From contig CAVTKL010000013.1 in NCBI GenBank assembly GCA_963735345.1, forward strand, positions 193,130 to 257,129: 64,000 bases of DNA, in the 5' to 3' direction. The position numbers and the translations under genes were made by a program. How positions within the stretch are numbered: position 1 is the stretch's first letter; every line of letters starts with the position of its first letter. Positions 8,453 to 17,640 of the stretch are shown in pieces. The notes beneath the pieces were generated by a model. It was not told the DNA's origin. It worked only from the letters and a program-made list of their open reading frames with translations, and did no database searches. Origin of the DNA: an uncultured Thermoleophilia bacterium. Lineage in GTDB: Bacteria; Actinomycetota; Thermoleophilia; UBA2241.

Positions 8453-9001
8453 TCAGCCCCTTTCGGCGTCGGTCGCCGACGGCAGGATCGGCACGAAGGA
8501 GTGCCGCTCGATCTTCTTCTGCAGTTCGAGAAGGCCCTGGAACAGGGCCTCAGGGCGGGGCGGGCAGCCGGGGATGTAGACATCGACCGGTACCACCTTG
8601 TCGACCCCGTTGACCACGTTGTAGCCATCGTAGAACGGGCCCCCGCTGTTGGCGCAGGCGCCCATGCTCATGACCCACTTGGGCTCGGACATCTGATCGT
8701 AGAGCCGCTTGAGCACGGGAGCCATCTTCTCGTTGAGCGTACCGGCGACGATCATCAGGTCGCACTGGCGCGGGGTCGGCCGGAAGATCTCCATGCCGAA
8801 GCGCGCGATGTCGTAGCGGGCGAACCCGGAGCTGAGCATCTCGATGGCGCAACAGGCGAGCCCGTACTGAAACGGGAAGACGGAGTGCGACCGCGCCCAG
8901 CTGAAGATGAGATCGGTGGTCGTGGTGATGACGTTGGGCTGCTGGAAGTGCTCGAGCTTGGGGTAGCGGATCCGGGCTTGACGGGAGCTGTCGGCGCTCA
9001 T
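8453..9001 (-). CDS. nuoB: NADH-quinone oxidoreductase subunit B
   Basis: Starts at the internal Met MSADSS... (ATGA overlap with nuoA). [20 protein letters not shown] and PGCPPRPEA are the N2 cluster ligand motifs. Confidence 0.9.
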   Translation of the reverse strand: MSADSSRQARIRYPKLEHFQQPNVITTTTDLIFSWARSHSVFPFQYGLACCAIEMLSSGFARYDIARFGMEIFRPTPRQCDLMIVAGTLNEKMAPVLKRLYDQMSEPKWVMSMGACANSGGPFYDGYNVVNGVDKVVPVDVYIPGCPPRPEALFQGLLELQKKIERHSFVPILPSATDAERG

Positions 9002-9366
9002 GCCCACTCGAGGGCACCCTTGCGCCACGCATAGACCAGGCCGAAGCCCAGCACGGCGACGAAGATCACCATCTCGACGAACCCCGCCGTCCCCAGGCCG
9101 CGGAACACGAGCGTCCACGGGAAGAGAAACACGGCTTCGACGTCGAACACGAGAAAGAGCAAGCCGAACACGAAGTAGCGCACGGCGAACGGCGACCAAG
9201 GGCGCCCGACCGGGGGGATCCCGCACTCGTAGGACGCGAGCTTCTCAGGCGTGAGGTGCTCCGGGTTCACCAGCTTCGAGAACAGAAGGATGAGCACGAC
9301 GAGGGCACCGCCCGCAGCGATGAAGAGCCCGATGTACACCCAATTGATGAGGTATGCGTCAGTCAT
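8998..9366 (-). CDS. nuoA: NADH-quinone oxidoreductase subunit A
   Basis: 122 aa; ...[53 protein letters not shown]... Confidence 0.9.
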   Translation of the reverse strand: MTDAYLINWVYIGLFIAAGGALVVLILLFSKLVNPEHLTPEKLASYECGIPPVGRPWSPFAVRYFVFGLLFLVFDVEAVFLFPWTLVFRGLGTAGFVEMVIFVAVLGFGLVYAWRKGALEWA

Positions 9367-9436
9367 CCGAACCCGCCACGAGAAAAGTCAAGGACCCGCA
9401 CACCGGAAGGAACCCGGGGCGAGTCGCTGGAGCGTC

Positions 9437-9466
9437 AATATACCAAAAGCGGCTTCGGCCACGCAA
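9437..9466 (-). promoter_or_regulatory. Candidate sigma-70-type promoter for the nuo operon
   Basis: The minus strand reads TTGCGT-18 nt-TATATT about 75-100 nt upstream of the nuoA ATG. Confidence 0.3.
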
Positions 9467-9551
9467 ATTAACCGGCTCCGCGGAGACCGCCGACGCCGCA
9501 TGAGTGACTTGCAGGTGTTTTCCAGCACCGCCCCGCCGCGGCGACGCCGCG

Positions 9552-9580
9552 TTGACCGCCCCTTCCGCCCCGCCTAAGAT
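9552..9580 (+). promoter_or_regulatory. Candidate sigma-70-type promoter for tatA-tatC
   Basis: TTGACC-17 nt-TAAGAT, 35 nt upstream of the tatA GTG; AAGGAA RBS follows. Confidence 0.45.
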
Positions 9581-9614
9581 GGGTTGACTCATTCCCGGCG
9601 CAAGGAACCACCCC

Positions 9615-10172
9615 GTGAACATCGGCCCCATGGAGATCGCGATCGTGCTCATCCTCGCGCTCCTCGTCTTCGGCCCCAAGCGCCTGCCACAGGCGGGCCG
9701 CAGTTTGGGCCAGGCGCTGCGTGAGCTCAAGAAGGCGACGTCATCGGCGCGCTCCGAGCTCGGTCTCGACGACGTCGCCGCGGATGTCAAGGATCTCAAG
9801 TCCAGCCTCACCATCGACCTCAAGGCGACCGACGCGCCCGCACCGCCGCGGCCCGTCGACAGCCCCGCCGGAATGGCCGCTGCCGCTACGACCGCGGCCG
9901 TCGTCGACGTGCTGCCCGCCGCCGCGGCCCCGCCGGAGGCGGAGGCCGCGACCGCTGAGGCACCGGACGAGACCGAGCCCGCCACCCCGGACACGGCCGA
10001 GCTCGTCGCCCCGGAGGAGACCGAGCCCGTCGCCCCGGACACGGCAGCCGCGCCCGCCGAGGCCCCCGAAGCCGTGGTGGGACCGGAGGCGGAGGCGACC
10101 CTCGCCACGGAGACCGCGCCGCCGGAGCCCGAAGACGCATCTACGACACCCTCCGGGCAAAGCGCGCTCTGA
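9615..10172 (+). CDS. tatA: Twin-arginine translocase TatA/TatB-family protein with a long acidic Ala/Pro/Glu-rich C-terminal tail
   Basis: MNIGPMEIAIVLILALLVFGPKRLPQAGRSLGQALRELKK is the TatA/E signature. The tail carries repeated ETEP(A/V)(T/A)PDTA segments. Confidence 0.85.
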   Translation: MNIGPMEIAIVLILALLVFGPKRLPQAGRSLGQALRELKKATSSARSELGLDDVAADVKDLKSSLTIDLKATDAPAPPRPVDSPAGMAAAATTAAVVDVLPAAAAPPEAEAATAEAPDETEPATPDTAELVAPEETEPVAPDTAAAPAEAPEAVVGPEAEATLATETAPPEPEDASTTPSGQSAL

Positions 10173-10180
10173 GGCGCTCT

Positions 10181-10972
10181 GTGGCGGCCTCCCCCGAAGA
10201 CACCTTCACCGTCCTCGAACACCTGGACGAACTGCGCAAGCGCATGTTCTGGGTGATCGTGGTGCTGATCGCCGGCGTCATCGGGGCGGCCATCTTCAAC
10301 GACCGCCTCTTCGATCTGCTGCTCTATCCGCTCAATCAGGTGTCGGGCCTCGATGTCGACTCATACAAGATCATCACGCTGAGCCCGACTGAGCCATTCA
10401 TGGTCAGCCTCAAGGTCTGGGTCGTGGCGAGCCTGCTCATCACCTCTCCGTTCCTCATCTGGCAACTCTGGGCGTTCGTCGGGCCGGCGTTCACGAGCAC
10501 CGAGAAGCGCTATTTCTATCCCGTGGTGCTGGCGACCATCGCCCTGTTTCTCGGCGGGGTGGCCTTCGGCTACCTCATCGTGCTTCCCAAGGGCCTCTCG
10601 TTCCTGCTCAACTTCGGCGGTTCGACCTTCAACGTGCAGAACCGCGCCTCGGAGTACTTCACCTTCGTGGCTCTCTTCATCCTCGCCTTCGGCGCCATCT
10701 TCGAGCTGCCGGTCATCCTCGTGCTGCTTGCCAAGGTCGGGGTGATCGACGACAAGTTCCTGCGCAAGAACCGCCGCTATGCGATCGTCATCAGCGCCCT
10801 CGTGGCGGCCATCCTCACCCCGGGCCAGGATGCGTTCTCGATGGTCGCGATGCTCGTCCCTCTCCTGGTCCTCTACGAGGTCTCGATTCCTATCGCGCGT
10901 CTCGTGCAGCCCAAGCCGGAGGGATCAGCAGGCGCGAAAGACGCGGACGACCTCGCCGCGGGGGCGACCTGA
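10181..10972 (+). CDS. tatC: Twin-arginine translocase subunit TatC
   Basis: 263 aa, 6-TM; LEHLDELRKRMFWVI...; adjacent to tatA. Confidence 0.88.
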   Translation: MAASPEDTFTVLEHLDELRKRMFWVIVVLIAGVIGAAIFNDRLFDLLLYPLNQVSGLDVDSYKIITLSPTEPFMVSLKVWVVASLLITSPFLIWQLWAFVGPAFTSTEKRYFYPVVLATIALFLGGVAFGYLIVLPKGLSFLLNFGGSTFNVQNRASEYFTFVALFILAFGAIFELPVILVLLAKVGVIDDKFLRKNRRYAIVISALVAAILTPGQDAFSMVAMLVPLLVLYEVSIPIARLVQPKPEGSAGAKDADDLAAGAT

Positions 10973-11122
10973 CCCTTCGCGACGTTCTGCCGCGGCGCGT
11001 GGCCGGGATGCGTCTCGCGCCGGCGAAGCGAACGCCGGCGGACGCTCGCGCGTCTCATGAAGGACCGGCGTTCGAGCGCCGCACGCAGGTGCGCGCCGCC
11101 ACATCGAGTACAATGAGGATAC

Positions 11123-13348
11123 ATGGCTGATCAGGAGCGACATCGCGACACCCCTGAAGAGCTCCGGCGCCAGCATCGGCAGCGCGAACGACGCCGGCCC
11201 AAGCCGCGCAAGCGGGTGTGGCTCAGGGTCATCTTCCTTGTGTTCGCGCTACTCGTCATCGCCGCGATCGGGATGGGCGCCGGCGGCATCTTCGCCCTCT
11301 CGCGCAACTTGCCGTCCCTCGAGAATCTCGAGCGCCGACCGAACGCCGTCAACACGACGATCTACGACCGCAACGGCGTGAAGTTCGCCGAACTGCACGG
11401 CGCCGAGAACCGTGTCATCGTCGCGAGCACCAAGATCCCCGACGCGATGAAGCAGGCGACGGTCGCCACCGAGGACGCGCGCTTCTACACCCATCACGGC
11501 GTCGACATGCAGGGCATCGCCCGCGCCCTCGTCGAGAACCTGCGGGCCGGCGGCATCGTCCAGGGCGGTTCGACCATCACCGAGCAGTACGTCAAGAACG
11601 CCTATGTGGGCAACGAGCGCACGTACACACGCAAGCTGCGCGAGGCGGTGCTCGCGTGGGAACTGGAAGACAAGTGGTCGAAAGACAAGATCCTCACCGA
11701 GTACCTCAACACCGTCTACTACGGCGCCGGCGCCTACGGCGTCGAGGCGGCGGCGCGCACCTACTTCCACAAGCGCGCCTCACAGCTCACGCTGGAGGAG
11801 TCGGCCCTGCTCGCGGCGCTGCCGAAGTTCCCGACCCGCTACTCTCCGACGACCGACCCCAAAGAGGCCAAGAAACGCCGCAACATCGTCCTCGACCTCA
11901 TGGCCACGCACGGCTACATCACCGCCGAGAAGGCGGCCTCCGCCAAGAAGCGCAAGCTGGGCGTCTACAAGCACCCGCCCTCGCTGAACAACAGTCTGGC
12001 CGACTACTTCACCGACTACGTGACGCGCGTGCTCACCAAGCGCTACGGCACGCGCCAGGTGTTCGAGGGCGGTCTCAAGGTCTATACCAGCATCGACTTG
12101 AAGTGGCAGCAGGAAGCTATCGACATCATCAAGGGCACCACCGACCCACTGAACTTCGGATTCAAGCCTTCAGCGGCACTGGTGGCGATCGACCCCAAGA
12201 ACGGCTACATCCGCACGATGGTCGGCGGTCTCGACTACAAGAAGCAGAAGTTCAACCTGGCCTGGCAAGCCAAGCGCCAACCGGGGTCGTCGATGAAGCC
12301 CTTCGTGCTCACCGCCGCCGTGCTCCAGGGTATGAACCCTGACACCACGTACTACTCGTCACAGAGCCCGATCGTCATCCCGATGGGGTACGCGGCGCCG
12401 TGGATCGTGAACGGTGACGGCCCCGGCGGGCCGGAGACCGTGTCGCAGGCCACGACCATCTCCGACAACGTCGTCTACGCTCAACTCTCAGTCGATGTCG
12501 GCCCTGCGAACACGGCCGCGATCGCCCGCAAGATGGGCATCACCAGCAAGCTCGATGAGGTACCCTCCATCACGCTCGGAACCTCCGTCGTGAGCCCGCT
12601 CGAGATGGCCGACGCCTACGCCACGCTGGCGAGCGGCGGCATCCATCACCCACCGCAGGCGATCGTCAAGGTCGTGCTGCCCAACGGCCGCGTCGACTGG
12701 AGGCCCAAGACGAAGGGCAAGCGCGTTCTTCCGGCCGGCGTCGCCTCAGTCGTCACACAGTGCCTCGAGCGCGCCGCCACGAGCGGTACCGGCGCGCCCT
12801 CCGGGGCGTACTACCCGTACCCGCGCGCCGGCAAGACCGGCACCACCGAGAACGGCTGGGACGTCTGGTTCTGCGGCTACACGCCACAACTCGCCGCCGC
12901 GGTCTGGATGGGCGACTCGGAGAAGAACTCGCCCATGGACGGTGCTTACGGCGGAACGTACTGCGCGCCGATGTGGGCCAAGTTCTTCGCCAACGCGTTC
13001 GCAAACCAGGCGCACCCGGGGTTCACATACACACCCTGGTCCTTCAGCCCTTGGGACGGGGCATACTCCAAGATGTCGCCGTCCGCCTCACCGTCACCGT
13101 CGGGGAGTGGCGCGCCGACGCCGACGCCGACACCGACCAAGACGATCAAGCCGACACCGACCAAGACCCCGACGCCGACACCGACGCCGACACCGACCAA
13201 GACCCCCACGCCGACCCCGACGCCGACCCTCTCCGCGCCGGCGCGCGGCGAGGGCAAGGCCATCGCCGTCGAGTCGCGGACGGGTGACGGCTCGACCGGG
13301 ATCACGGGAGCCTTCGCCGGCTGGCTCTCGAGCCTCTTCGGCTTCTGA
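11123..13348 (+). CDS. Class A penicillin-binding protein (PBP1A): GT51 transglycosylase plus transpeptidase, with a C-terminal Pro/Thr repeat tail
   Basis: EDARFYTHHGVD...GGSTITEQYVKN (GT51); SSMKPF (SxxK); PT/PTK repeats at the C-terminus. Confidence 0.9.
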   Translation: MADQERHRDTPEELRRQHRQRERRRPKPRKRVWLRVIFLVFALLVIAAIGMGAGGIFALSRNLPSLENLERRPNAVNTTIYDRNGVKFAELHGAENRVIVASTKIPDAMKQATVATEDARFYTHHGVDMQGIARALVENLRAGGIVQGGSTITEQYVKNAYVGNERTYTRKLREAVLAWELEDKWSKDKILTEYLNTVYYGAGAYGVEAAARTYFHKRASQLTLEESALLAALPKFPTRYSPTTDPKEAKKRRNIVLDLMATHGYITAEKAASAKKRKLGVYKHPPSLNNSLADYFTDYVTRVLTKRYGTRQVFEGGLKVYTSIDLKWQQEAIDIIKGTTDPLNFGFKPSAALVAIDPKNGYIRTMVGGLDYKKQKFNLAWQAKRQPGSSMKPFVLTAAVLQGMNPDTTYYSSQSPIVIPMGYAAPWIVNGDGPGGPETVSQATTISDNVVYAQLSVDVGPANTAAIARKMGITSKLDEVPSITLGTSVVSPLEMADAYATLASGGIHHPPQAIVKVVLPNGRVDWRPKTKGKRVLPAGVASVVTQCLERAATSGTGAPSGAYYPYPRAGKTGTTENGWDVWFCGYTPQLAAAVWMGDSEKNSPMDGAYGGTYCAPMWAKFFANAFANQAHPGFTYTPWSFSPWDGAYSKMSPSASPSPSGSGAPTPTPTPTKTIKPTPTKTPTPTPTPTPTKTPTPTPTPTLSAPARGEGKAIAVESRTGDGSTGITGAFAGWLSSLFGF
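13116..13233 (+). repeat. Tandem CCGAC(N)CCGAC-type repeats encoding a (PT)n/PTK low-complexity tail within the PBP gene
   Basis: Direct inspection: ccgacgccgacaccgaccaagac... is reiterated. Confidence 0.7.
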
Positions 13349-13354
13349 CGCAGA

Positions 13355-13398
13355 GACGGCGACGGGCCGGGCAGTACTCAGCCCGGCCCGTCGCCGTC
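13355..13398. terminator. Perfect 18-bp GC-rich hairpin with an 8-nt loop between the convergent PBP and paaK genes; a probable bidirectional terminator (no U-tail)
   Basis: gacggcgacgggccgggc-agtactca-gcccggcccgtcgccgtc. Confidence 0.5.
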
Positions 13399-13424
13399 CA
13401 TTCGCGCCTGTCGAGCTACGTCTG

Positions 13425-14771
13425 TCAGAGAGCCGTGCGCCGGTCGACGACGCGCACGGCTTTGCCCTCAGAACGCTGGATCGTGCGCGGCTCCTTCAGC
13501 TTGACCGCCACCTGGATGTTGAGCACGCTGAAGATCCGCGACTGCACCTTTCTCTGGAAGCGTTCGAGGTCCCCCATGGTCTCCGGGAAGACGCCCTCGC
13601 CCACTTCCACCCAGACCTCGATGACGTCCAGGAAGCCCTCGCGATCGACCACGATCTGATAGTGCGGCTCGATCTCCGGTATGCTCATCAGGACTTCCTC
13701 GATCTGACTCGGGAAGACGTTGACGCCTCTGATGATGAGCATGTCGTCGCTGCGCCCGATGGGCTTGCTCATGCGCAGGGACGTGCGCCCGCAGGCACAC
13801 GGGCTCGAGTCCAGACTGCAGAGGTCGCGCGTACGGTAGCGGATGAGCGGCTGCGCCTGACGCGAGAGGGTCGTGAAGACGAGCTCGCCGACCGTTCCCT
13901 CGGGCAGAGGCTGCAGCGTCTCGGGGTCGATGATCTCGGCAAGGTAGTGGTCTTCGTTCACGTGCATGCCGGCCTTGCAGAGGCATTCGAAGGCCACGCC
14001 CGGGCCGCCCATCTCAGAGAGACCGTAGATATCGAGAGCATCGATGCCGAGCGCGGCCTCGATGAGCGTACGCATCTCGTTGGTCCAGGGCTCGGCGCCG
14101 TGGAAGCCCACGCGGATCGGCAGATCCTCCGGCCGCAGGCCGCGGTCGCGGGCGGCGTCGCCCAGATACATCGCGTACGACGGCGTGCAGCTGAGCGCCG
14201 TGGCGCCGAAGTCGCGCATGATCTTGAGTTGACGCTCGGTGTTGCCCCCCGAGATCGGCACCACCGTGCAGCCCAGCCTCTCGGCGCCGAAGTGGAGGCC
14301 GAGGCCGCCCGTGAAGAGCCCATAACCGTAGGCGTTCTGAAGCAGATCGCCCGGCTGGATCCCTCCGGCGGCCAGCGTACGCGCGATCAGATCACCCCAC
14401 GTGTCGATGTCGGCGCGAGTGTACCCGACGGTGGTCGGGTTCCCGGTCGTGCCCGATGAGGCGTGTACTCGCACGATCTGCGCGCGCGGCCGGGCGAACA
14501 TGCCGAACGGGTAGTGGTCGCGCAGGTCGGTCTTGGTGGTGAAGGGCAGACGCGAGACATCGGCGCGCGAGGCCACGTAGTCGGGGGCGATCCCGGCCTG
14601 CTCCAGGCTCTTGCGATAGAACGGTACGTTCGCGCGGGCGTTCTCGAGGACGGCCCGCAGACGCTCCATCTGCACCTCGGCGAGCGCCTCACGCGGCAGT
14701 GTCTCGGCCTCCGGCTCCCACATCAAGCCGCCGCAGAGGTCGGGGAGGAGATGCTCGTCGTGAGCGCTCAC
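13425..14771 (-). CDS. paaK: Phenylacetate-CoA ligase family protein (PaaK / arylacetate-CoA ligase)
   Basis: ...VPFYRKSLEQAGIAPDYVASRADVSRLPFTTKTDLRDHYPFGMFA...SSGTTGNPT...; ATGA overlap with the upstream ACT gene. Confidence 0.85.
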   Translation of the reverse strand: MSAHDEHLLPDLCGGLMWEPEAETLPREALAEVQMERLRAVLENARANVPFYRKSLEQAGIAPDYVASRADVSRLPFTTKTDLRDHYPFGMFARPRAQIVRVHASSGTTGNPTTVGYTRADIDTWGDLIARTLAAGGIQPGDLLQNAYGYGLFTGGLGLHFGAERLGCTVVPISGGNTERQLKIMRDFGATALSCTPSYAMYLGDAARDRGLRPEDLPIRVGFHGAEPWTNEMRTLIEAALGIDALDIYGLSEMGGPGVAFECLCKAGMHVNEDHYLAEIIDPETLQPLPEGTVGELVFTTLSRQAQPLIRYRTRDLCSLDSSPCACGRTSLRMSKPIGRSDDMLIIRGVNVFPSQIEEVLMSIPEIEPHYQIVVDREGFLDVIEVWVEVGEGVFPETMGDLERFQRKVQSRIFSVLNIQVAVKLKEPRTIQRSEGKAVRVVDRRTAL

Positions 14772-15181
14772 AGCGCGCGCACCTCCTCGTCGCTCAGCAG
14801 TGTCACCTTGCCGCGCAGCAAGTCGATGGCGCGGTCGATGTCGTGCACCGCGAAGCAGATGTTCTGGAAGGAGATGCTGTAGAGATAGTCGATGGAGACG
14901 CCGGCGGCGGCAAGCGTGTCGAGCACCTCCGCGAGGCCGCCCGGCTGGTCAGGCACGCGCACGCACAGCACCTGCGAGAAGTGGGTCGTGAAGCCGGCAT
15001 CGTGCAGGAGCGCCCGCGCGGTTGCGGGATCGGTCACGATGAGCCGCAGAATGCCGTACTCGGCGGCTTCCGTGGTGGAGAACCCGCGGATGTTGATGCC
15101 CGCCTTCCCCAGAAGGTCGGCCACCTCAGCGAGACGGCCACTTCGATTCTCGAGAAACAGGGTGAGCTGTGTGACCTTCAC
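14768..15181 (-). CDS. ACT-domain protein (small regulatory partner common in ior/paaK clusters)
   Basis: Only the C-terminal 137 aa of the 340-aa ORF is protein-like (VKVTQLTLFLENRSGRLAEVADLLGKAGINIRGF...). The GTG start overlaps the iorB stop. Confidence 0.65.
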   Translation of the reverse strand: MKVTQLTLFLENRSGRLAEVADLLGKAGINIRGFSTTEAAEYGILRLIVTDPATARALLHDAGFTTHFSQVLCVRVPDQPGGLAEVLDTLAAAGVSIDYLYSISFQNICFAVHDIDRAIDLLRGKVTLLSDEEVRAL

Positions 15182-15771
15182 TGGCTGACCTCCTCGCTGC
15201 CGAAGGCGCGCCCAAGAGCGAACGCCCGCTGATTGACGGTCAGGATCTTCGCCGGGACGGCGGCCGCGAGGCCGCGCTGCCAGGACTCCTCGCTGAAGGG
15301 CAGCACAGCGCTGGCCGCCCCAAGAAGTGCGACATTGGCGGCCTTCTCCGTGCCGGCCTGCCGCGCCAGGTCCGTGGCGTCGACCGCGATGACGCGCACG
15401 CCGCGTTGCTCGGCGGCCGCGGCGAGATCCTCTGGGTACTCGGCCTCGCGCCGCAGGACGCAGCCCGGAGCGATGCGGGTGGTCACGGCGCAGACGAGCG
15501 TCCCGTGCGGCCCCAGGAGGTCGAGACCGCGATGCCCCTCCAGCAACTCGACACCGATGACCACGTCGGCGTGACGCGAGACGGGCGACCACACATGATC
15601 GCCGAAACGCACGGAGCTGAGCACGCTGCCGCCGCGCTGCGACATGCCCTTGACCTCGCTGGCCTTCACGTCGAAGCCCTCGGCGGCCGCGGCCGCGGCA
15701 AGGACGGCGGAAGCCAGGAGGATACCCTGCCCGCCGACGCCGACCAGCGAGACCGTCGTGACCCCGCTCAT
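15178..15771 (-). CDS. iorB: Indolepyruvate:ferredoxin oxidoreductase beta subunit
   Basis: MSGVTTVSLVGVGGQGILLASAVLAAAAAAEGFDVKASEVKGMSQRGGSV...; ATGA overlap with iorA. Confidence 0.85.
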   Translation of the reverse strand: MSGVTTVSLVGVGGQGILLASAVLAAAAAAEGFDVKASEVKGMSQRGGSVLSSVRFGDHVWSPVSRHADVVIGVELLEGHRGLDLLGPHGTLVCAVTTRIAPGCVLRREAEYPEDLAAAAEQRGVRVIAVDATDLARQAGTEKAANVALLGAASAVLPFSEESWQRGLAAAVPAKILTVNQRAFALGRAFGSEEVSQ

Positions 15772-17594
15772 CCCAGGCCTTCGTCGCCATCTACGGACCC
15801 GGCGACGAAGCTCAGAGAGCCGCGCCGGCAGACCTCGACGCAGAGCGCGCAACCTGTGCACGCCGCGGAGATGGAGATCGACGTCTCACCGGGGACGAGC
15901 GCCGGACAACCCAGCTTGAGGCAGACGCCGCAGAGGTTGCAGCGATCCTCGTCGACGAGGATCGCGCCGCGCTTCTCGCGCACCGCGAGCACGCACGGCG
16001 CCAGCGCCACGATGACCCCCAGCCCGGGCGCGTCGATCGCGTCTCTGATGGCGCGCTCGAGCGCCGTGTAGTCGTTGGCGTCGACGGTCTCGCAGCGGAC
16101 GCCGATGCCCTCGCACAACCGCTGGATATCCGTCGCCGGACCGTACGTTCCCTGCGCCTGCAGACCGGTGCCGGGGTGACCCTGGTGACCAGTCATGGCC
16201 GTCGTGCGGTTATCGAGCACCATGACCAGGCCCTCGGCTTGGTTGTAGAGCGCGTCGATGAGGGCGGTGATGCCGGAGTGGAAGAAGGTCGAGTCGCCGA
16301 TGACCCCCACGGCCGCCTTGCGGCCCAACGCCTTGTTGAACCCGGCCATCATCCCGATGCTGGCGCCCATGCACAGGCAGGTGTCGAGCGCCAGGACGGG
16401 CGGCAGCGCGCCCAGGGTGTAGCAGCCGATGTCGCCCATGGAAGCGAGCTTGTGACGGCGCAGCGCGGTATAGACGGAGCGATGAGAGCACCCCGGGCAC
16501 AAGACGGGTGGACGGACGGGAAGAGCCGCCGGCGGCGGCGCGGCCGATACCCTCGGCGGTGCCGGCAGCTGCACGCGGCGGCGGCGCGGCGGGCGGCGCA
16601 GCAGGAAAGGCTCCAGGGCGTTGAACACGATCTCCTGATCCAGCTCTCCGTCGGCGGGGATGGCCTGCTTGCCGACCACGGGCAGGTTGAGAGCCCGCAC
16701 CTGATCTTCGATGAACGGGTCCAGCTCCTCGACCACAGCCACGCGTGACACATGCTGATACAGGTCTGCGACCTTCCTGTAGGGCAGCGGGTGCGACATC
16801 CCCAGCTTCAGGAACCACGCCTGTGGGAAGGCCTCCCGGCAGTAAGCGTAGGCGATGCCGGAGGCGATGATGCCGAGGTCGGCGCTGCCGGCCTCGAGGA
16901 CGTTCAGCGGCGATTCCTCGGAGCGCGCGCGAAGCCTCTCGAGGCGCTCCAGGACGACCCGGTTGCGCGCCCGGGCATGCGCCGGGATCATCACGTACTT
17001 GCCGCCGTCGCGCTCGTAGTCGCGCGGCTCCAGATCGATCGGCACGCGCGGCAGAACACGGCCACGGCCGTGGGAGATCCGCGTGGTCGTACGCAGCAGG
17101 ACCGGGGTGTCGAACTCCTCGGAGAGAGCGAAGGCCTCCGCGAGGAAGTCGTACGCCTCCTGGCTGTCTGACGGTTCCAGCATCGGCACTCTGGCGAACT
17201 TGGCGTAGGCCCGATTGTCCTGCTCGTTCTGCGAGGAGTGCATGCCCGGATCGTCGGCGTTGACGATGACGAGGCCGGCGTTCACTCCGGTGAGCGACAG
17301 GGTCATGAGCGGATCGGCGGCGACATTGAGCCCGACATGCTTCATCGTGACGAGGCTGCGAACCCCGGCCAAGGAAGCGCCCACCGCCGTCTCAAGCGCG
17401 ACCTTCTCGTTGATGCACCACTGCGCGTGGATGCCGTCTATCTTGGCGGCCGTCTCGATGATCTCGGTCGACGGCGTGCCCGGGTAACCGCAAGCGAAAC
17501 CCGCCCCGGCGCGCACGGCTCCGTAGGCGATGGCTTCGTTACCGGAATAGAAAAGGGCTCTCTCCACGGGGCACCTATTATAGCGAGCGGTCAT
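15768..17594 (-). CDS. iorA: Indolepyruvate:ferredoxin oxidoreductase alpha subunit (TPP and 2x[4Fe-4S])
   Basis: ...ALFYSGNEAIAYGAVRAGAGFACGYPGTPSTEI...; C-terminal CxxCxxCxxxC ferredoxin motifs. Start at MTARYN (an alternative GTG 27 nt downstream has an AGGTG SD). Confidence 0.85.
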   Translation of the reverse strand: MTARYNRCPVERALFYSGNEAIAYGAVRAGAGFACGYPGTPSTEIIETAAKIDGIHAQWCINEKVALETAVGASLAGVRSLVTMKHVGLNVAADPLMTLSLTGVNAGLVIVNADDPGMHSSQNEQDNRAYAKFARVPMLEPSDSQEAYDFLAEAFALSEEFDTPVLLRTTTRISHGRGRVLPRVPIDLEPRDYERDGGKYVMIPAHARARNRVVLERLERLRARSEESPLNVLEAGSADLGIIASGIAYAYCREAFPQAWFLKLGMSHPLPYRKVADLYQHVSRVAVVEELDPFIEDQVRALNLPVVGKQAIPADGELDQEIVFNALEPFLLRRPPRRRRVQLPAPPRVSAAPPPAALPVRPPVLCPGCSHRSVYTALRRHKLASMGDIGCYTLGALPPVLALDTCLCMGASIGMMAGFNKALGRKAAVGVIGDSTFFHSGITALIDALYNQAEGLVMVLDNRTTAMTGHQGHPGTGLQAQGTYGPATDIQRLCEGIGVRCETVDANDYTALERAIRDAIDAPGLGVIVALAPCVLAVREKRGAILVDEDRCNLCGVCLKLGCPALVPGETSISISAACTGCALCVEVCRRGSLSFVAGSVDGDEGLG

Positions 17595-17640
17595 TCGGCT
17601 GCCAGCCGGCCGACGCCGACCCGCCTTCCCAGCCCGTCCT

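Noticed and set aside
9359-10222. A 287-aa minus-strand ORF across the tatA region
   Set aside because: It is antisense to a clear TatA gene, with low-complexity Ala/Ser/Gly composition.
11040-11075. A GGCGTTCGAGCGCC element resembling a tRNA T-arm
   Set aside because: Only a 5-bp imperfect stem with a 6-nt loop. There is no acceptor, D or anticodon arm nearby, and the region is only 150 nt.
14768-15790. A 340-aa ORF
   Set aside because: Only the last 137 aa (ACT domain) are protein-like. The N-terminal 200 aa are Arg/Gly junk that overlaps iorB in another frame.
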